Assembly (NCBI RefSeq): GCF_001194135.2
Contig: NC_068982.1
Location: forward strand, 65,705,891 to 65,769,890
Origin: Octopus bimaculoides
Lineage: Eukaryota
Length of the DNA stretch: 64,000 bases
Direction of reading: 5' to 3'
Shown here: piece by piece, positions 1 to 12,112 of the stretch
How positions within the stretch are numbered: the stretch's first letter is position 1
How the letters are laid out: every line of letters starts with the position of its first letter
Notes under the pieces: model-generated
Databases searched by the model: none
What the model was told of the DNA's origin: nothing
Seen by the model: only the letters and a program-made list of their open reading frames with translations
Translations under genes and position numbers: made by a program

Positions 1-358
1 TGTCTGTAGCTGGTCTTCTCTTGGAAGAGCCCTGCTTCTCACATGGACAACTGTATGTTGGCTGCTCAAGAGTGGGCAGCAAAAAAAAACCTATTTGTAT
101 ATGCTCCACAAGGGAAAACAAGGAACATTGTTTACAACGAGGTGTTATAATCACAACAGCAAGAAAGTATGTACATGATCACCTTTTACGAAACTTCATT
201 GACTTTCATATATTTATATTGATATACATATATATACGTGTGTTTGGGTGCGTGTGTGTATATACATCTCTATGTATAAAGATGATGCGTAGTCTAGACG
301 GCGTTTTTAGATTTCATTATTCTCTTTAACCCGGGCAACGCCGAGTATTTCTGGTAGT
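1..358 (+). mobile_element. Helitron 3' end: PIF1-like helicase C-terminal fragment plus terminal hairpin
   Basis: The frame at 21-130 reads EEPCFSHGQLYVGCSRV, the Helitron Rep/Hel helicase C-terminal motif. A subterminal hairpin-like acccgggcaacgccgagt at ~329-346 is followed by a degenerate CTAG end (tggtagt). Confidence 0.7.
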
Positions 359-963
359 AGATAATATGGATTCAACCTTTTGCCAAATTTTTGTAGGAGA
401 GTGTTGCATATCAAACATTGATGACGAATGACCAGGTCTACGTATTATTCCACCTCTCAATAAAAGGTTACAGAGAATGATCTTCAACTCAAAAGAAATC
501 ATGATCATCAGGTGTGGGACCTCAGAACCAATAAAGACATCCTCCCTGATCAAATTCCCACCTGAATGCTGAAGGTATATTGTGTGAAACTGGCTATGCC
601 CCTGTGATCCCTGTTTCCCCTGTGCTTTACTGGAGCTGGTTTTCCAAACCAATGGAAGATTGCCTCTATAACTCCTAAATATATTAGTGAGAGACTCTAT
701 ATCTGATCTATTTCATGATGTAGTATTCCACAAATGACAGTAAAGCTATAGGCTAAACAAGCAATTCATCTCTAAAAATTCATTCAGCTTCTGACCAAAC
801 ATGTTACAATGTGATAGACTGTATACAACAAGGAATGAAGCCAAATGACTTATATAGATTTTTTTTAAAGAGTACATTTACAACAGTAGTAAGGAAGTGA
901 GGTTTAAACGAATGACTTTAGAAATATTTCTGATGAAGTGCAAAAAAGAGAAAGAAAAAATAC

Positions 964-1325
964 TTGGCTCCAGCAGCTTCAAATAAGTTTGCCCATTCTT
1001 TAGCATTGAAAAATTCCGTGGTAAATTTCGGCGCAAAATCTGGATAAGTAAAGTCAGGAGGATAATTCTTGTTCATAAAATCAACATAATAAGGGGTTTT
1101 ACTTCCTTTCCAGTACCACCAAAACCACTCGGAACCATAGCTCGGTACGGAGAAAACGCCCCAGTGAAGAAATATACCAAACTTCGCTTCGTCGTACCAT
1201 GAAGGAAGAATTCTTTTATCTAAAGATTCCCAGTTAGGTTGATATTCGGCATCAGTTTGTTGTAAAAGAAAAGAGAGGATAAACAACAAATAAAACCCAC
1301 ACAACATCCTTGCCGCAGTCGCCAT
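964..1325 (-). CDS. FUCA1: Alpha-L-fucosidase (GH29), coding exon 1; the rest of the gene is not found in the window and presumably continues beyond its left edge
   Basis: ATG at 1325, a hydrophobic signal peptide, then [34 protein letters not shown]...SEWFWWYW...[16 protein letters not shown]. The exon ends GCC AA|gtattt (phase 2, 362 nt), the position I recall for vertebrate FUCA1 intron 1. The ORF-track tail YFFFLFF... is intron read-through. Confidence 0.95.
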
Positions 1326-1569
1326 TATTCATGTGATCAAAATATAATCGAGAATAATCTCCCTTGAACAACTATTTTTATTTGCATATTTATTTTCTGC
1401 ACTAATTCTTTTATTTGACCTCATGACATACTTGTTAATTAGGGTGGGAAAATAGCTGGAGCCAGAAGTATAGCCAGGTTCTAAAGTTAGCAGGTGCGCC
1501 GAGACACATACCAAACAACTTTTAACACATTTCTCATATTACGCGAACTATTTCATTAGTTATAATGTA

Positions 1570-3575
1570 ACTCTATTCTACAATTGAGAAGTAGCGAAGC
1601 CTGGATTGGCAGCCGAACACAACCAGTTTGCTGCTGAGAAAGGTGTCACAGTATATAACATCCTAGATGACGGGGCCCTACTACCGTGGAACGAGAAAAC
1701 TGTCATGCCATTTGGCTTTTTATCATCCCCTCTCCTTAGCTTTGTTGGCTCGAGCTGGGAGAGGAAGCCTGCAGTGTCTAGGCCATGGTTTATGATCTCA
1801 CCGAGAGCAGCATAGCATGGAAGGTGGTCAGCACTATAATGGCATGAGGAGTGCAGACCTAAAGAATCCACAGTGGATCCTAAGCGGCATTTGTGAGGTT
1901 CGGAGGCCACGCCTCAGAGAAAGACCGACGTGCAAATATTTGCTATCCAGCTGAGTGTCAGTTGAGAGTGATGGCACTGAATTTAATCAGGCACCGCTAT
2001 GGGGATGAGAGGCCAGTGGAAATATAATAGACGTTGCTGGTCAAGAAAGTACACCAGCCTGTTCGAGATGATGTTGTACTGGATAGCGTCCCATTTGTCT
2101 TGTGGGGGAACCGGACATCTACAAAGGGGAGAGGGGGTGGAGGTCCACAAAGGGGAGAAGGGGGATGGAAGTACACATGACAGAGCCCAAGAAGGTCCAT
2201 GTCGTCACGTAGGCCACTCGGCACTCCTCGATCACAGCTGGTTCATCTGTGTTGCGGAGATCCCGTTGATGAGGACATGGCAAAATTTTGCCAACGAGAG
2301 AAATGCCGGTAGGGTCAGTGAGACCCGGGACTGGAGGCCGAGACCGCCATATCTGACGATATCTGTTGTCACTCAGTGTCATCAAACCGGATGTTGCATA
2401 TCTCCTCAGCGGCCTGTTGGGTACAAGTGTGGTTGTAGCAAAGGGTACCGAGAGAGGTATATAGAAACTTTGGTAAGGTGAAGCAGTTCCTTAACAGAAA
2501 GAATGCTGAATGGACAAGGATCAGGCTCAGTCTGTTTGTCAGAGTTTCGAATTGGCGTAGCCTGGACCTGAGAGTGGAGCAAATGGTAGGCTAGGATCAG
2601 CAAACACCGTCCTTCTTCCTGAGAACGATTAGCCAAGCTGAAAAGAAGAGTCCTCGAGAATAAGGGTCTTGCATGCCGTTAATGAACTTGCTGGTGAGAA
2701 CCGCAGTTACGCTCAACAGGCAGCACTTAGCTTTGGCAGTAAGGGGAGTCAGGAAGTCTTTGAGGTGGCTAGGTCGGAGACCATCGGCACCTCTGTTGCT
2801 ACTGGCAGGGCAAGACTTCGGAGCAGAGAGGATGTCTTTCTTAATATCCACATATAGCGGCTAAGGGTCGGGTGGGGGTATGGATCAGAGGTCTGTAGAC
2901 GGCTCAGGATGTTTAAGCTGGAGAGCAGCCAAAACCTTCTCGGTAGGATAGAAGACGATGTCATCAGAGGTTACTACTCTGACAGCAGCCAGAACAACCC
3001 CCTAGATGAATTGGCATTTACTCGTTTGTGTAAACGCTTTCAGTTGAGTCAGGAGTTGAAGACTGTGGGTGCGTGAACAAGCAGAGTGCGGCATTCTCGG
3101 ACACACTGGGTATGGGCATCTGCCAAAAGGCCGAAATATTGACCCGCATCGATGTTGAGGAGGCTGAAGGTGAGTAGAGCGAAATAAAACAATCGTTACC
3201 AATCACTGGGTCAACAAGAGTCCAGGGCTTTTTTAATAGAGAATCTGAGGGCATAGGCCGCCAGCACCAGGACTGCTTTCAGAATCTTAAGAGCGATCTA
3301 CCAAAGCTTCCCAAACTGGTCGATGTTGACCAGTGAGGGTTGGGCTTCGAGCATGCACGCTGTTTTGCCTGAGAGTGTTGCAGATGACCGCAGCCGAGAG
3401 GAAGAGGCAGCTGAGAGCGCATTTGAGGTCTGTCGTGTGAAGCCAACATAAGAGAGATGACGGAAGCAGCCACAACCCGAACAACTCCTGATTCTCTTCT
3501 ACATATCGATGGTAGCACCCTGCGGGGATGGGAGTGAAGCGTACAATCAGGCACTAGAGTACTGTTCGGCAAGGT
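1570..3575 (-). mobile_element. Degenerate CRE/SLACS-clade non-LTR retrotransposon (RT plus restriction-like endonuclease)
   Basis: Frameshifted ORF pieces: GADGLRPSHLKD...LRKKDG (2597-2851, CRE-type RT N-terminal part) and AALGEIINHGLDTAGFLSQLEPTKLRRGDDKKPNGMT (1578-1910, decayed EP-x-L-RGDGKRPDG REL endonuclease). Confidence 0.75.
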
Positions 3576-3719
3576 GGGTGTAGTAATTTTTTTTAGGGTC
3601 GAGACAGTGATTGGTATCTAGAAGATGGGTGACAGATGAAGTTATAATGCTGATGAGGCGATGGTTGCGGGATTGAACAAACTAAGGGCTTGAGTTGTGT
3701 AGAAAAATGTGTAAAATGT

Positions 3720-3995
3720 AGAAGTGGTTGTTGTGTTTGTGCGTGTATGTTAGTGTGTGCGCGTGTGTGTGTGCGTGTGTGTCGGAGTGTATGAAAGGAG
3801 AAAGATGAAACTAAGAAAAAGGGAAATTTGAAATATGTGAAAATAAATAGATATAAGTACAATGAAGAGATAGATAGACAGATAGATAGAGAGAGAGAGA
3901 GACAGAGACAGAGAGAGAGGGGGGGAGAAATCTGAAGGAAAAGAAATTTGAGATGTTTGAAATCTACAGCCCTTTCTCTTTCTTTCTTTTTTCTC
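3720..3995. repeat. Compound (TG)n/(GATA)n/(GA)n microsatellite
   Basis: Directly visible simple repeats. Confidence 0.9.
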
Positions 3996-4075
3996 GTGTC
4001 AATCACTATATGTAACCTGTCTATCCACTAGTATGTATGTTTACATATATATATTTATATATCGTAGCGGATCAT

Positions 4076-4720
4076 ATATCAGAAAAAGAAGCACACTCTA
4101 AAGTTAGAGCAATAATATCTTTACAGGAAGTTAATTATACAGTCGGTCATAGAGTGACCGATGGTTTCACATCCATAAAAGGCTTAGCCTTGTAGACGAC
4201 TCATCAGACTTCGATGGCCGCGGACATATAACCTCTCTTCAAACGTGAAGTAGAAAACCGCTATGGTCAGTCAATTTGTAAACAAAAAAATATCATACAT
4301 TGTCTCAGCCATAAACGGGATGGGTTATCGCCCTTAGATCAGTCCATTCATTAAATTTTTATTGCCCTAATCGACAAACGGGGAATCTGAAACCTCCAGC
4401 AGGTAGCGTTTAAAAGGGTCTTCGGCTCAAGCAAGACTAAGGATCCTTGCCTGCTCTGCGATACAAAGCTTGTATTATCTGCTCCCGTTTACATAGGACC
4501 CTGATTGCTTTATGAGCCTCCATTTAATTTCATATGTAGTTCTTTTATCCTTAAGGCGCCACACATGGTAAGTCAAGTACATGACATAAGGTCTTTCTGG
4601 AACCCTAAAAGAGGACCTGTGGTTGTACAGGCGTTGCTTAATAGCAGTTCCAACCAAACCAATATATCTCCAAGCTTGAGTACTGGTTGTGTTATCGCCT
4701 CTGGTTTCTTCCGTTGGCCA
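4076..4720 (-). mobile_element. Penelope-like element 3' end: GIY-YIG endonuclease remnant plus pLTR
   Basis: 4475-4753 reads RYIGLVGTAIKQRLYNHRSSFR...YHVWRLKDK-TTYEIKWRLIKQSGSYVNGSR, the pattern of PLE GIY-YIG domains. A hammerhead-like motif follows downstream (4127-4212). Confidence 0.8.
4127..4212 (-). ncRNA. Candidate hammerhead ribozyme (type I-like, probably degenerate) in a PLE pLTR
   Basis: Minus strand: GAAGT-CTGATGA-[cgtcta..aaggc taa gcctt..tggatg]-t-GAAAC-ca-[tcggtca ctcta tgaccga]-ct-GTA-taatta-ACTTC. Both catalytic boxes are in order and helices II and III can form. Helix I needs a 6-nt bulge. Confidence 0.5.
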
Positions 4721-6329
4721 CAGGCCTGATGTTGCTGTTGTTGCTACTATCACTACCGTCAGTATTGTTATTACAGGGCGTGGGTCTAGTGATACCAGTT
4801 GCTGTTGCTGGAGTAGTAATCATTCCCAGTCGCAGTATTAGTGTTGCCTGCTTTGTTGTGGCTGCCATTGGTGTGATTTCTGGGTGTGTGACTGGTAGTT
4901 CTGCTGGTGCTGGCATGGCTGTCATCTTCGGTCATGGTACTGGTATTGGTGCTGCAGTCGTAGTTGTTGGTTTTGGTGTCTCTGCTGCTGCTGCCTCCAC
5001 CATTGCCATTGTTGTCGCTAATTAAATGCTGGGTCATAGAACAATCAGATCCTATATAAATGGGAGCAGACAATACAAGCCTTGTATAGCTTAGTGGGCA
5101 AGGATTCCTAAAGACTCACTTGAAACACCTTCAAGCAGTACCTCTGCAACCATAAATCCTCATTTAGGATCTCAGAAAGACATTATGTCACATCCTTGGC
5201 CAGCCATGTATGGCACCTGAAGGATGAAGGGACTTCACATGCAAGATCTTATAAAAGCTGGGTTCCTACATCTGTGGGAGCAAACATTGCAAGCTGTGCA
5301 TAGTGGAATGAGTGAGGATATTAAAGAGCTCCCTCATCCTGGGGAGCATCTTAAATTCCAGGATGGAAGTCTACAGATCTTGTTTACACTTCAGGTGATT
5401 CCTACTGAAATCCTGGGACCTACAAGCTAACTGGGTGGATTCCGGATAGTGATCTAAGGGAGACAATCCCTTAAGCTTATCCTTTCTTTGTCTGTGTGTT
5501 CAAAACCTAGCCATAATACCTTTTTTCCCTCCAATCTGAAGAGAGGTTATAGGCCACTAGAGTCTGATAATACATGTGTAAAGCCAAGTACATGACATAA
5601 TGTGCTTTATGGATGTGAAACCCTGGGTAACCCTATGAACTGGCTATAATTAACATTCTCTAACATAGATAAATAAATATGAGTGCGTGTGTAATGATTT
5701 ACATGTGCAGCAAGGAGTCAGCAGAAAGTAACAACTGTATGCACCAAATAAATGAAAGAAGAAATATTATTGTTAGTTGAAATGGTCCATTATTTTCATC
5801 ATTACAATGTAAAATACAATTTTTTTCAAGCTGTTGTACCACACAGATTAATTGTAGTTCTGTTATCAATTCTGTTGGTAGTTAACTTCATCTATGAATG
5901 ACTGCAAGAAGACAGATAGCAAAATGAAAGAAAGTGTAAGAGAGTCTACCTCTCTGAGTTGAAAAGTAGAGAGGGTAAAAGTTGTATTTTCCTGGATGAC
6001 AAGCCATAAATGAAGGTAGAAAAAAAGTGAGCAAATCAATTTTGGGTTCTGTATTTATATTTTTTTAAACTAAATTAGGTCAGGCTAAACAAAGAATTTT
6101 CCATCTATCTTGTCCGAACTCTATTTAACCTAACAATGTTCACTTAAACAATAGAACTCCTTTAAATGTGTCAGTTGGCTATAATAAATTTCTAAGTGCC
6201 AAGACCAAAAACAATAGGAAGGAATTGTAGAAAAATCTTGATTCAGTTTTGAATCTTGGCCAAGAATCTAGGAAGCTATTTGTTACATATGTATATATGA
6301 TATACTTTGTGTGTGTGTGTGTATCTTTT

Positions 6330-6711
6330 ATCTGTTACTTGTTTCAATCATTAGACTGCAGCCATTCTGGGACACCGCCCTGAAGAACTTGAATCAAACA
6401 AATCAACCCCAATATTTATTTTTTTTAAATCCCCAATGCAAATTCTATCGATCTCTTTTGCCAAACCACTTAAGTTATGGGAACGTAAACAATCAATACC
6501 AGTTGTCAAGTGGGACCCTTCCCCAATTGCTAGATGTCCTTTAAATTTGAAATCTTAATTGTTGATATGACATGGTATGTCATAAGTGTCTGTATATTGT
6601 CTTTATCGTCATTTGGGTTATAAAATAAACAGTTTAATCAATGGAATACAGTGTCTGCAAGTTAATGAGTACCTATTGCTATATATACCTATTGCTATAT
6701 ATACCTTATTG

Positions 6712-6743
<32 letters not shown>

Positions 6744-6888
6744 GCATATACAAAGGCTTCTTTCAACCAAATCCACTCACAAGGCTTTGGTTAGCCTGGC
6801 ATTATAGTACAAGACACTTGTCCAAGGTGCCACACAGTGGGACTGAACCTAGAACCAAGTGGTTGGGAAGCAAACTTCTTACCTCATA

Positions 6889-6892
<4 letters not shown>
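6330..6892 (-). mobile_element. tRNA-derived cephalopod SINE (family A), split by unrelated sequence and (TA)n
   Basis: Matches other copies in the window (13993, 39400, 49610): the tail ttacttgtttcaatcattagactgcagcc and the head ...ccaaggtgccacacagtgggactgaacc. Confidence 0.75.
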
Positions 6893-6925
<33 letters not shown>

Positions 6926-9109
6926 TGTTACAAAAATGTTTTACTTGGAAAGAAAAAGTGGATTTTCATTTAGGCCTATTGATTTGAACCTGAATCTACA
7001 GAATTCCCTTTTAGCGTACCACAGCATTTTCTCGCGGAGAGACAAGAATTGACAGCTGAGACATTCAACACAAGCCAAATTATGTATTCTCCACTTGACT
7101 CTTTTAACCCCTCCAAACAAACAATAGCTGATAGGAAATACGGAAGATACCAACTGCAGTTCCCATTGTTTTCAGAGTGGCATGTCTCTCTTTCTTACCA
7201 TGTTATGATAATTGTAAATACAGACAGTCCACTAGCTAAAGTCAGTTAGTCAAAGGAGTTGGCGAAAGAGACGACCTCGAAATAGTTGGTAAGGTGAAGA
7301 TGACAAGAGGCAACTATGATATCTATAACTTTCACTGTCTCTATCACCCTTTAAAGGTTTATTACTCCAACTAATGACATAAACAGTAACCAACAACACA
7401 AGAAGAAAACGGTTAGAGCAACTTCCCTTTTGTTTTGATCGACTTTTGAGGATTTGTAATGAAACAAGGAAATCCACCTGTCTTTAAGAACTGATATATA
7501 TTCAACTATTTGTAACAGCTCTGTGCTTGAACTCTGATATTTTGTGACGGCTTGTGTTTTGGACTCAGATGATTATAACAGCTTTGAGCTGCCTTCGGTC
7601 TGTGTATTTTATGCCATTCATTTAATACACATCTAAAATCCTATGGGTTGTTGTTTTATTTGCTGTTGCCTTTGTCTAACCCATAACCAATCTTATACAC
7701 ACACACACACATATATATAAGCACTTCAATTAATCAATGTTCCTCATCATGTCACCCTCCCCTACACCATATCATCTGCTGCAGCCCTCCTCCCTCCATC
7801 ACTTTTCTTGCTTGCGACCTAGAAACCTCTCACCTGTTAACCATTCTTCACCCATTAATACTTTTCTCCACACCTTCATGTTACAGTAGTCATCGTTTTC
7901 CCTCCCCCAGACCGCCAAATTATTCCCCCTCATGCACTAAGCTTGTTTATCTCTACTCTGTTCCTTCAAGGCAGTGGTCTAATGACTAAAACAGGTAAAA
8001 GATAGAAGTTTAATGAAAAAAAAAATGAGCAAAAATGGAAGAAGAGGCATAAATTCCTTTTTTTCATTTTACAATGTTAAAATCTCTACAGTTGTCTAAA
8101 TTTGAACTGTTTACAACAACAACAAAAAAAAAAAAGAAACAAAAATGATGAAACAATTGATAAAATATTATTTATTATAACATGGAATGCTTTACACTTT
8201 TTTATATAAGTTTGAAATGAAATTTTATTACTATTATTGAAATTACAATAGTTAGGCAGTCTGTGGCTATCTGATAAATCAATTTGTTTTCGTTTTAATT
8301 TCTTGTTGAAATATAAATGGAATGAATTTTAAGGCAATGTAAAGACATATATAATGTGTTAAGGTAACATAAAGTGATATCTAATTTAACAAATGAAAAG
8401 CTGACTACAGATAGCTTCTAACCATCTAGAGAGGAAAGTTGAAAAACCTTTATATATTCCAGGTGCAAAGGCCTATCTTCAGAAAGATAGAGTCAGAGAA
8501 ATGTGTCAATGAAGACTCTGCTATTTGAATAGCTGAATGGGCTGTAACCTCGTTTCAGTCCAGTGATTGTGCTAACAGCAGCTGACACAAGTGTTGTTGA
8601 CAATGGAGGTAAAATATCATTGTAGTAGCTGGTGATGGCATTGGTGGTACATGTCCTTTTAGCAGTCATTGACAAGGTGGTGGCTGACAATAGCAACAAT
8701 CACATTGCAGCAATAAAAAGCGTTATATAATATATTTTAAGATGAAATAAACCGAGATATGAATTTAAAAGATTACATGGTATAAACTTGATTATAATAA
8801 TAAAACTTGATTATAATAAAACTGTTATATTTATTCCACCCAGTTCAGGATTTTTAAAAAATGTGCAATATAAAATATAATTATGGTTTTAAAAAGAGAA
8901 TATCACATGAGAACTCTAATGAATTTTGTTTATGATTTTCTCAATGCAAAAAAGCCGACTATTAATGTAGCAGCTACACCTGCAACTATAATCCATGGCA
9001 AGTTCTGAGTTGATTTTTGAACAATTGCAGTCTGCAAAATTTGAAAGAGAAATTAATTTTAATTATCATTATAAGCAAGAATATATAATAATGTTTGGAT
9101 AGTATAAAG

Positions 9110-9310
9110 TAATTTTAGTTTGAGATGCTGGTGCCATGTAAAAAGCACTTAGCTCATTCTGCTGGATGGCTGGAAGGGCATCCACTCGTAAAAACCCTGC
9201 CAAAACAGACACAGAAGTCTGGTGCAGTCTCCCACCTGACCAGCTCCTGTCAAACTGTCCAACCAAAGCCAGCATGGAAGACAGACGTTAAACAACAACG
9301 ATGATGGCAG
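9110..9310 (+). mobile_element. RTE-associated 3' tail repeat
   Basis: ggaagggcatccact..aaac..tgcc...ccagcatgga...gacgttaaac ending in an (AAC)/(GAT) tail; related copies at 22790-22945 and 41330-41468. Confidence 0.65.
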
Positions 9311-9779
9311 CGATGGCGACGACAATAGAATGAAGTAGAAAAAATTGCTTCTTCATGTAGATCTTAAGTTGTCATTTAGCTTTAGACCAGCCTTGATCAA
9401 ACTGACTCCATAACTGGTACTCCATACAGCACATTTCCAAAGGTCTCGGTCAGTAGTCATCGCCTCGGTAAAAAAACAAAAAACACAAAATAATGTAGTT
9501 CAGGTAGACTGTCTGAAGAGGAGAAAGACTTGTCAACATTTTAATGTTATTGAACTTGGGTAAGATATTGTTTTAAACAGATTTAGCTGCTATTGCTCAT
9601 AGGTTGAGTAACTGCATGGAGTCTGGATTGCTGGTCAAGCAATTCTCTTTAATGAAATACTGAAATAGATGCAGCATGGAATACCAGATCAATAAGTATT
9701 GAGTTAAAAAATGCTATATGCATTTTATTTTGAATTTGGGCAGTACATTTGATGTACTGCCCAGGCACCACAACACTTA

Positions 9780-10090
9780 TGAATGTTACATATGACAAAC
9801 TGGAGATTTTTCATATTCAGAAATGTTGAAACATGGAATAAACTACCTACATCAGTTGATAGCTGTCAGTACAGTGTACCCTTCAAAAGTTCCATGTTGA
9901 TTGAAATTTACAAATATTACTCCTTTTATTTTTATGGCTCTGTTAATGTTCATTTTTCTGTCTTTTTGTATTTTATTCTGTGTACTGTGGATGCATTTTT
10001 GACTTTCATAACTTGACTTATTACTACTTATAATTCTCTCTTTTACGTTTTCCAACTGAGTGAACTTGAAATCTGTATACAATAAACTCA
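9780..10090 (+). mobile_element. CR1-type LINE 3' end remnant
   Basis: FFIFRNVETWNKLPTSV resembles the CR1 ORF2 C-terminus and the copy at 55640-55960 (FRITEAWNKLLAS). Confidence 0.55.
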
Positions 10091-11344
10091 TTTTATATCA
10101 TGCCAAGATTCTGTATCTCACAAACAAACACACTGCATAAATCTTACAATGTAGTCTCTGATGTGATGAAGAAAATAATATTTGGCATGCAGAATTTGGA
10201 GATTACTGTCTGGTATTTGATGAAAAAATTCTATGCCATAGTTCATCTCATGCTGAACTGACATGGGCTATCACATCAGTCATAGCCTATGCCAAACAAC
10301 AATAACAACTAAATAAGGATCAACATATTTCTACACATTTAAAAAATAACCTCAATTGTATTTAAAAAATAGAAAGAGGAAGAAATTAGTTGAAGTAGAG
10401 AGAAATGTTAAGAGTTAAAATTAAGACAATTTGTTAAATTTTCACATGCAAAATGTGTAGAAGGAATGGTTGTCCACTTAATGGTGCAATACTACATCTG
10501 CAATCATATATATATATATGCTAGATATTAATATGTACAAATGGTTATGCAGGTATATGAAAATACCTCATGGTGACAACTGCTCCTTGAACAGTTACAG
10601 GCTACCCTTTGGCAAGGCAAAGCAGCCATTCAGCCATCCTGCCAGGAAAATAGTGAAGTCATGGGACAGCAGTATGGTGAATAGTGAAGAGGTAGTGGGA
10701 GAGCACAACAGAGCTCTTATATTGATGCCAAACAGAAGAATTCTAGGATTACCAAGCTCTATCAAAAGAGTAACTGCAATTCATCCATGATCATGTAATC
10801 AGCTAATGAAAGATTCACTATGACTCAAGCGTCCAATTCAAATTCATAATAATGGGATTGGATGGCAACAGAGAGTGATGGTAATCCATGAAAGCAGTGA
10901 AAAAAAAAAGTACAATTCAGAAACTGGGAATCCTTCTTTCTTTCTTTTTTTTTCTTTTTTTTTTTTGTGGGTGAGTATTTTTCAATAAATTTTCATGCTG
11001 CTTCAGCATAAATAATTCTGAAATTTTTTATTTTCACAAACCATTGCAAATCATGTATTGTTAAGTGTCTTTTCCAATAATAACAACTCAACTGTTAAGG
11101 GGTACTTACTTGACTGCAATATAAACTGATTTCAATAGATATTATATCCAACCACAACAACATTTCATCTCATGACCTTTATGCTATGTATAGTAAAACA
11201 TAGCAGAAAAATCATGTTGAACATTGTCAGAAAAATAAGGCATAACTGCATAGGTAAAAATGATATTGTGTAGACTTCATACTTTTCTCAAGGGCATCGT
11301 AATATATTTGATATGGTTTCAAATGGAAATCAAGTCTACTTTCT

Positions 11345-11492
11345 TCACTCGTGAGGTAATATTTCAATTCATAAGGAGATATAACCATACATAAGGCAAT
11401 ACTTGTACTTATGAGGCAATATACCCTCTCATGAAGAAACACCCACTTATACCCACTGATGATGCAATATTCCTACTCATGTGGCAATATCT
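11345..11492. repeat. Degenerate ~21-22 bp minisatellite (core catRaggcaatat)
   Basis: Recurring gaggtaatat / aaggagatat / aaggcaatac / gaggcaatat / gatgcaatat / gtggcaatat motifs. Confidence 0.55.
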
Positions 11493-11949
11493 GATAAAGT
11501 CTTGTCAACAATCAGAAAGTGAAGATTACAAAAACTTTTGCACATGAAGTAAATATAGTCATAATTTAAAATTATCAAAACATTTAGAACTTTAAGCCTC
11601 CAGGAAAGTTAGCCAGTATTCCATTAGTTTGTAGCACTAAACTCACATCCTTCTATAGATAAACTCCTGCCAATCTCAGTTAATGAGGTATTCGGTGTGA
11701 TATAGAGAATGCTGAAGACTGCACCTTACTTCTAAATTCAACAATATTTCTAAGACGCTTACAGTAGACTTTCTGCTGAAAGAAGACTATAAAAATCAAT
11801 CCTAAAACTGAGTAAATTCTATGACTACAAGCATAGACAATGACTATATTTGATTTGGAAGTTCACTATATTAAAAAGATAGAGGTAGAGATAATGAGGC
11901 TAGATTTGAAATTATTTATCAGTTTAGCAATAATGTAAAATAAACTTAC

Positions 11950-12112
11950 CCATCCACCTTGATTATATATCCATCGTGCAAGACTAATTCCCACAAAATT
12001 CGAAATACACAGCAGAATTTTTTGAAATATTTCTTTCGTAAATCGACGTAGCAGATAGTACGCAAAGCAGAACAATACCAGTATTCTGCCTTGATTTGAG
12101 CAATCAATTAGG
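11950..12112 (-). CDS. BAK1: BAK-like BCL-2-family gene, BH1/BH2 exon
   Basis: Acceptor ttttctctattttcatcttcctataaag|C; 163 nt reading (D)LIDCSNQGRILVLFCFAYYLLRRFTKEIFQKILLCISNFVGISLARWIYNQGGW; donor |gtaagt in phase 0 right after GGW, the classic BCL-2-family intron position. LARWI resembles BAK IARWI. The symbol indicates the closest resemblance, not proven orthology. Confidence 0.85.

Noticed and set aside
4687-5073. Thr/Asn/Ala/Val-rich ORFs on both strands
   Set aside because: Decayed trinucleotide-like repeats; no splice or domain support.
8493-8699. ORF ..ILPPLSTTLVSAAVSTITGLKRGY.. as the BAK-like anchor exon
   Set aside because: No phase-0 acceptor in that frame, so it cannot follow the GGW donor directly.
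9737-9763. 12-bp hairpin tgggcagtacat/atgtactgccca
   Set aside because: Too short and isolated to interpret; probably a TE remnant or chance.
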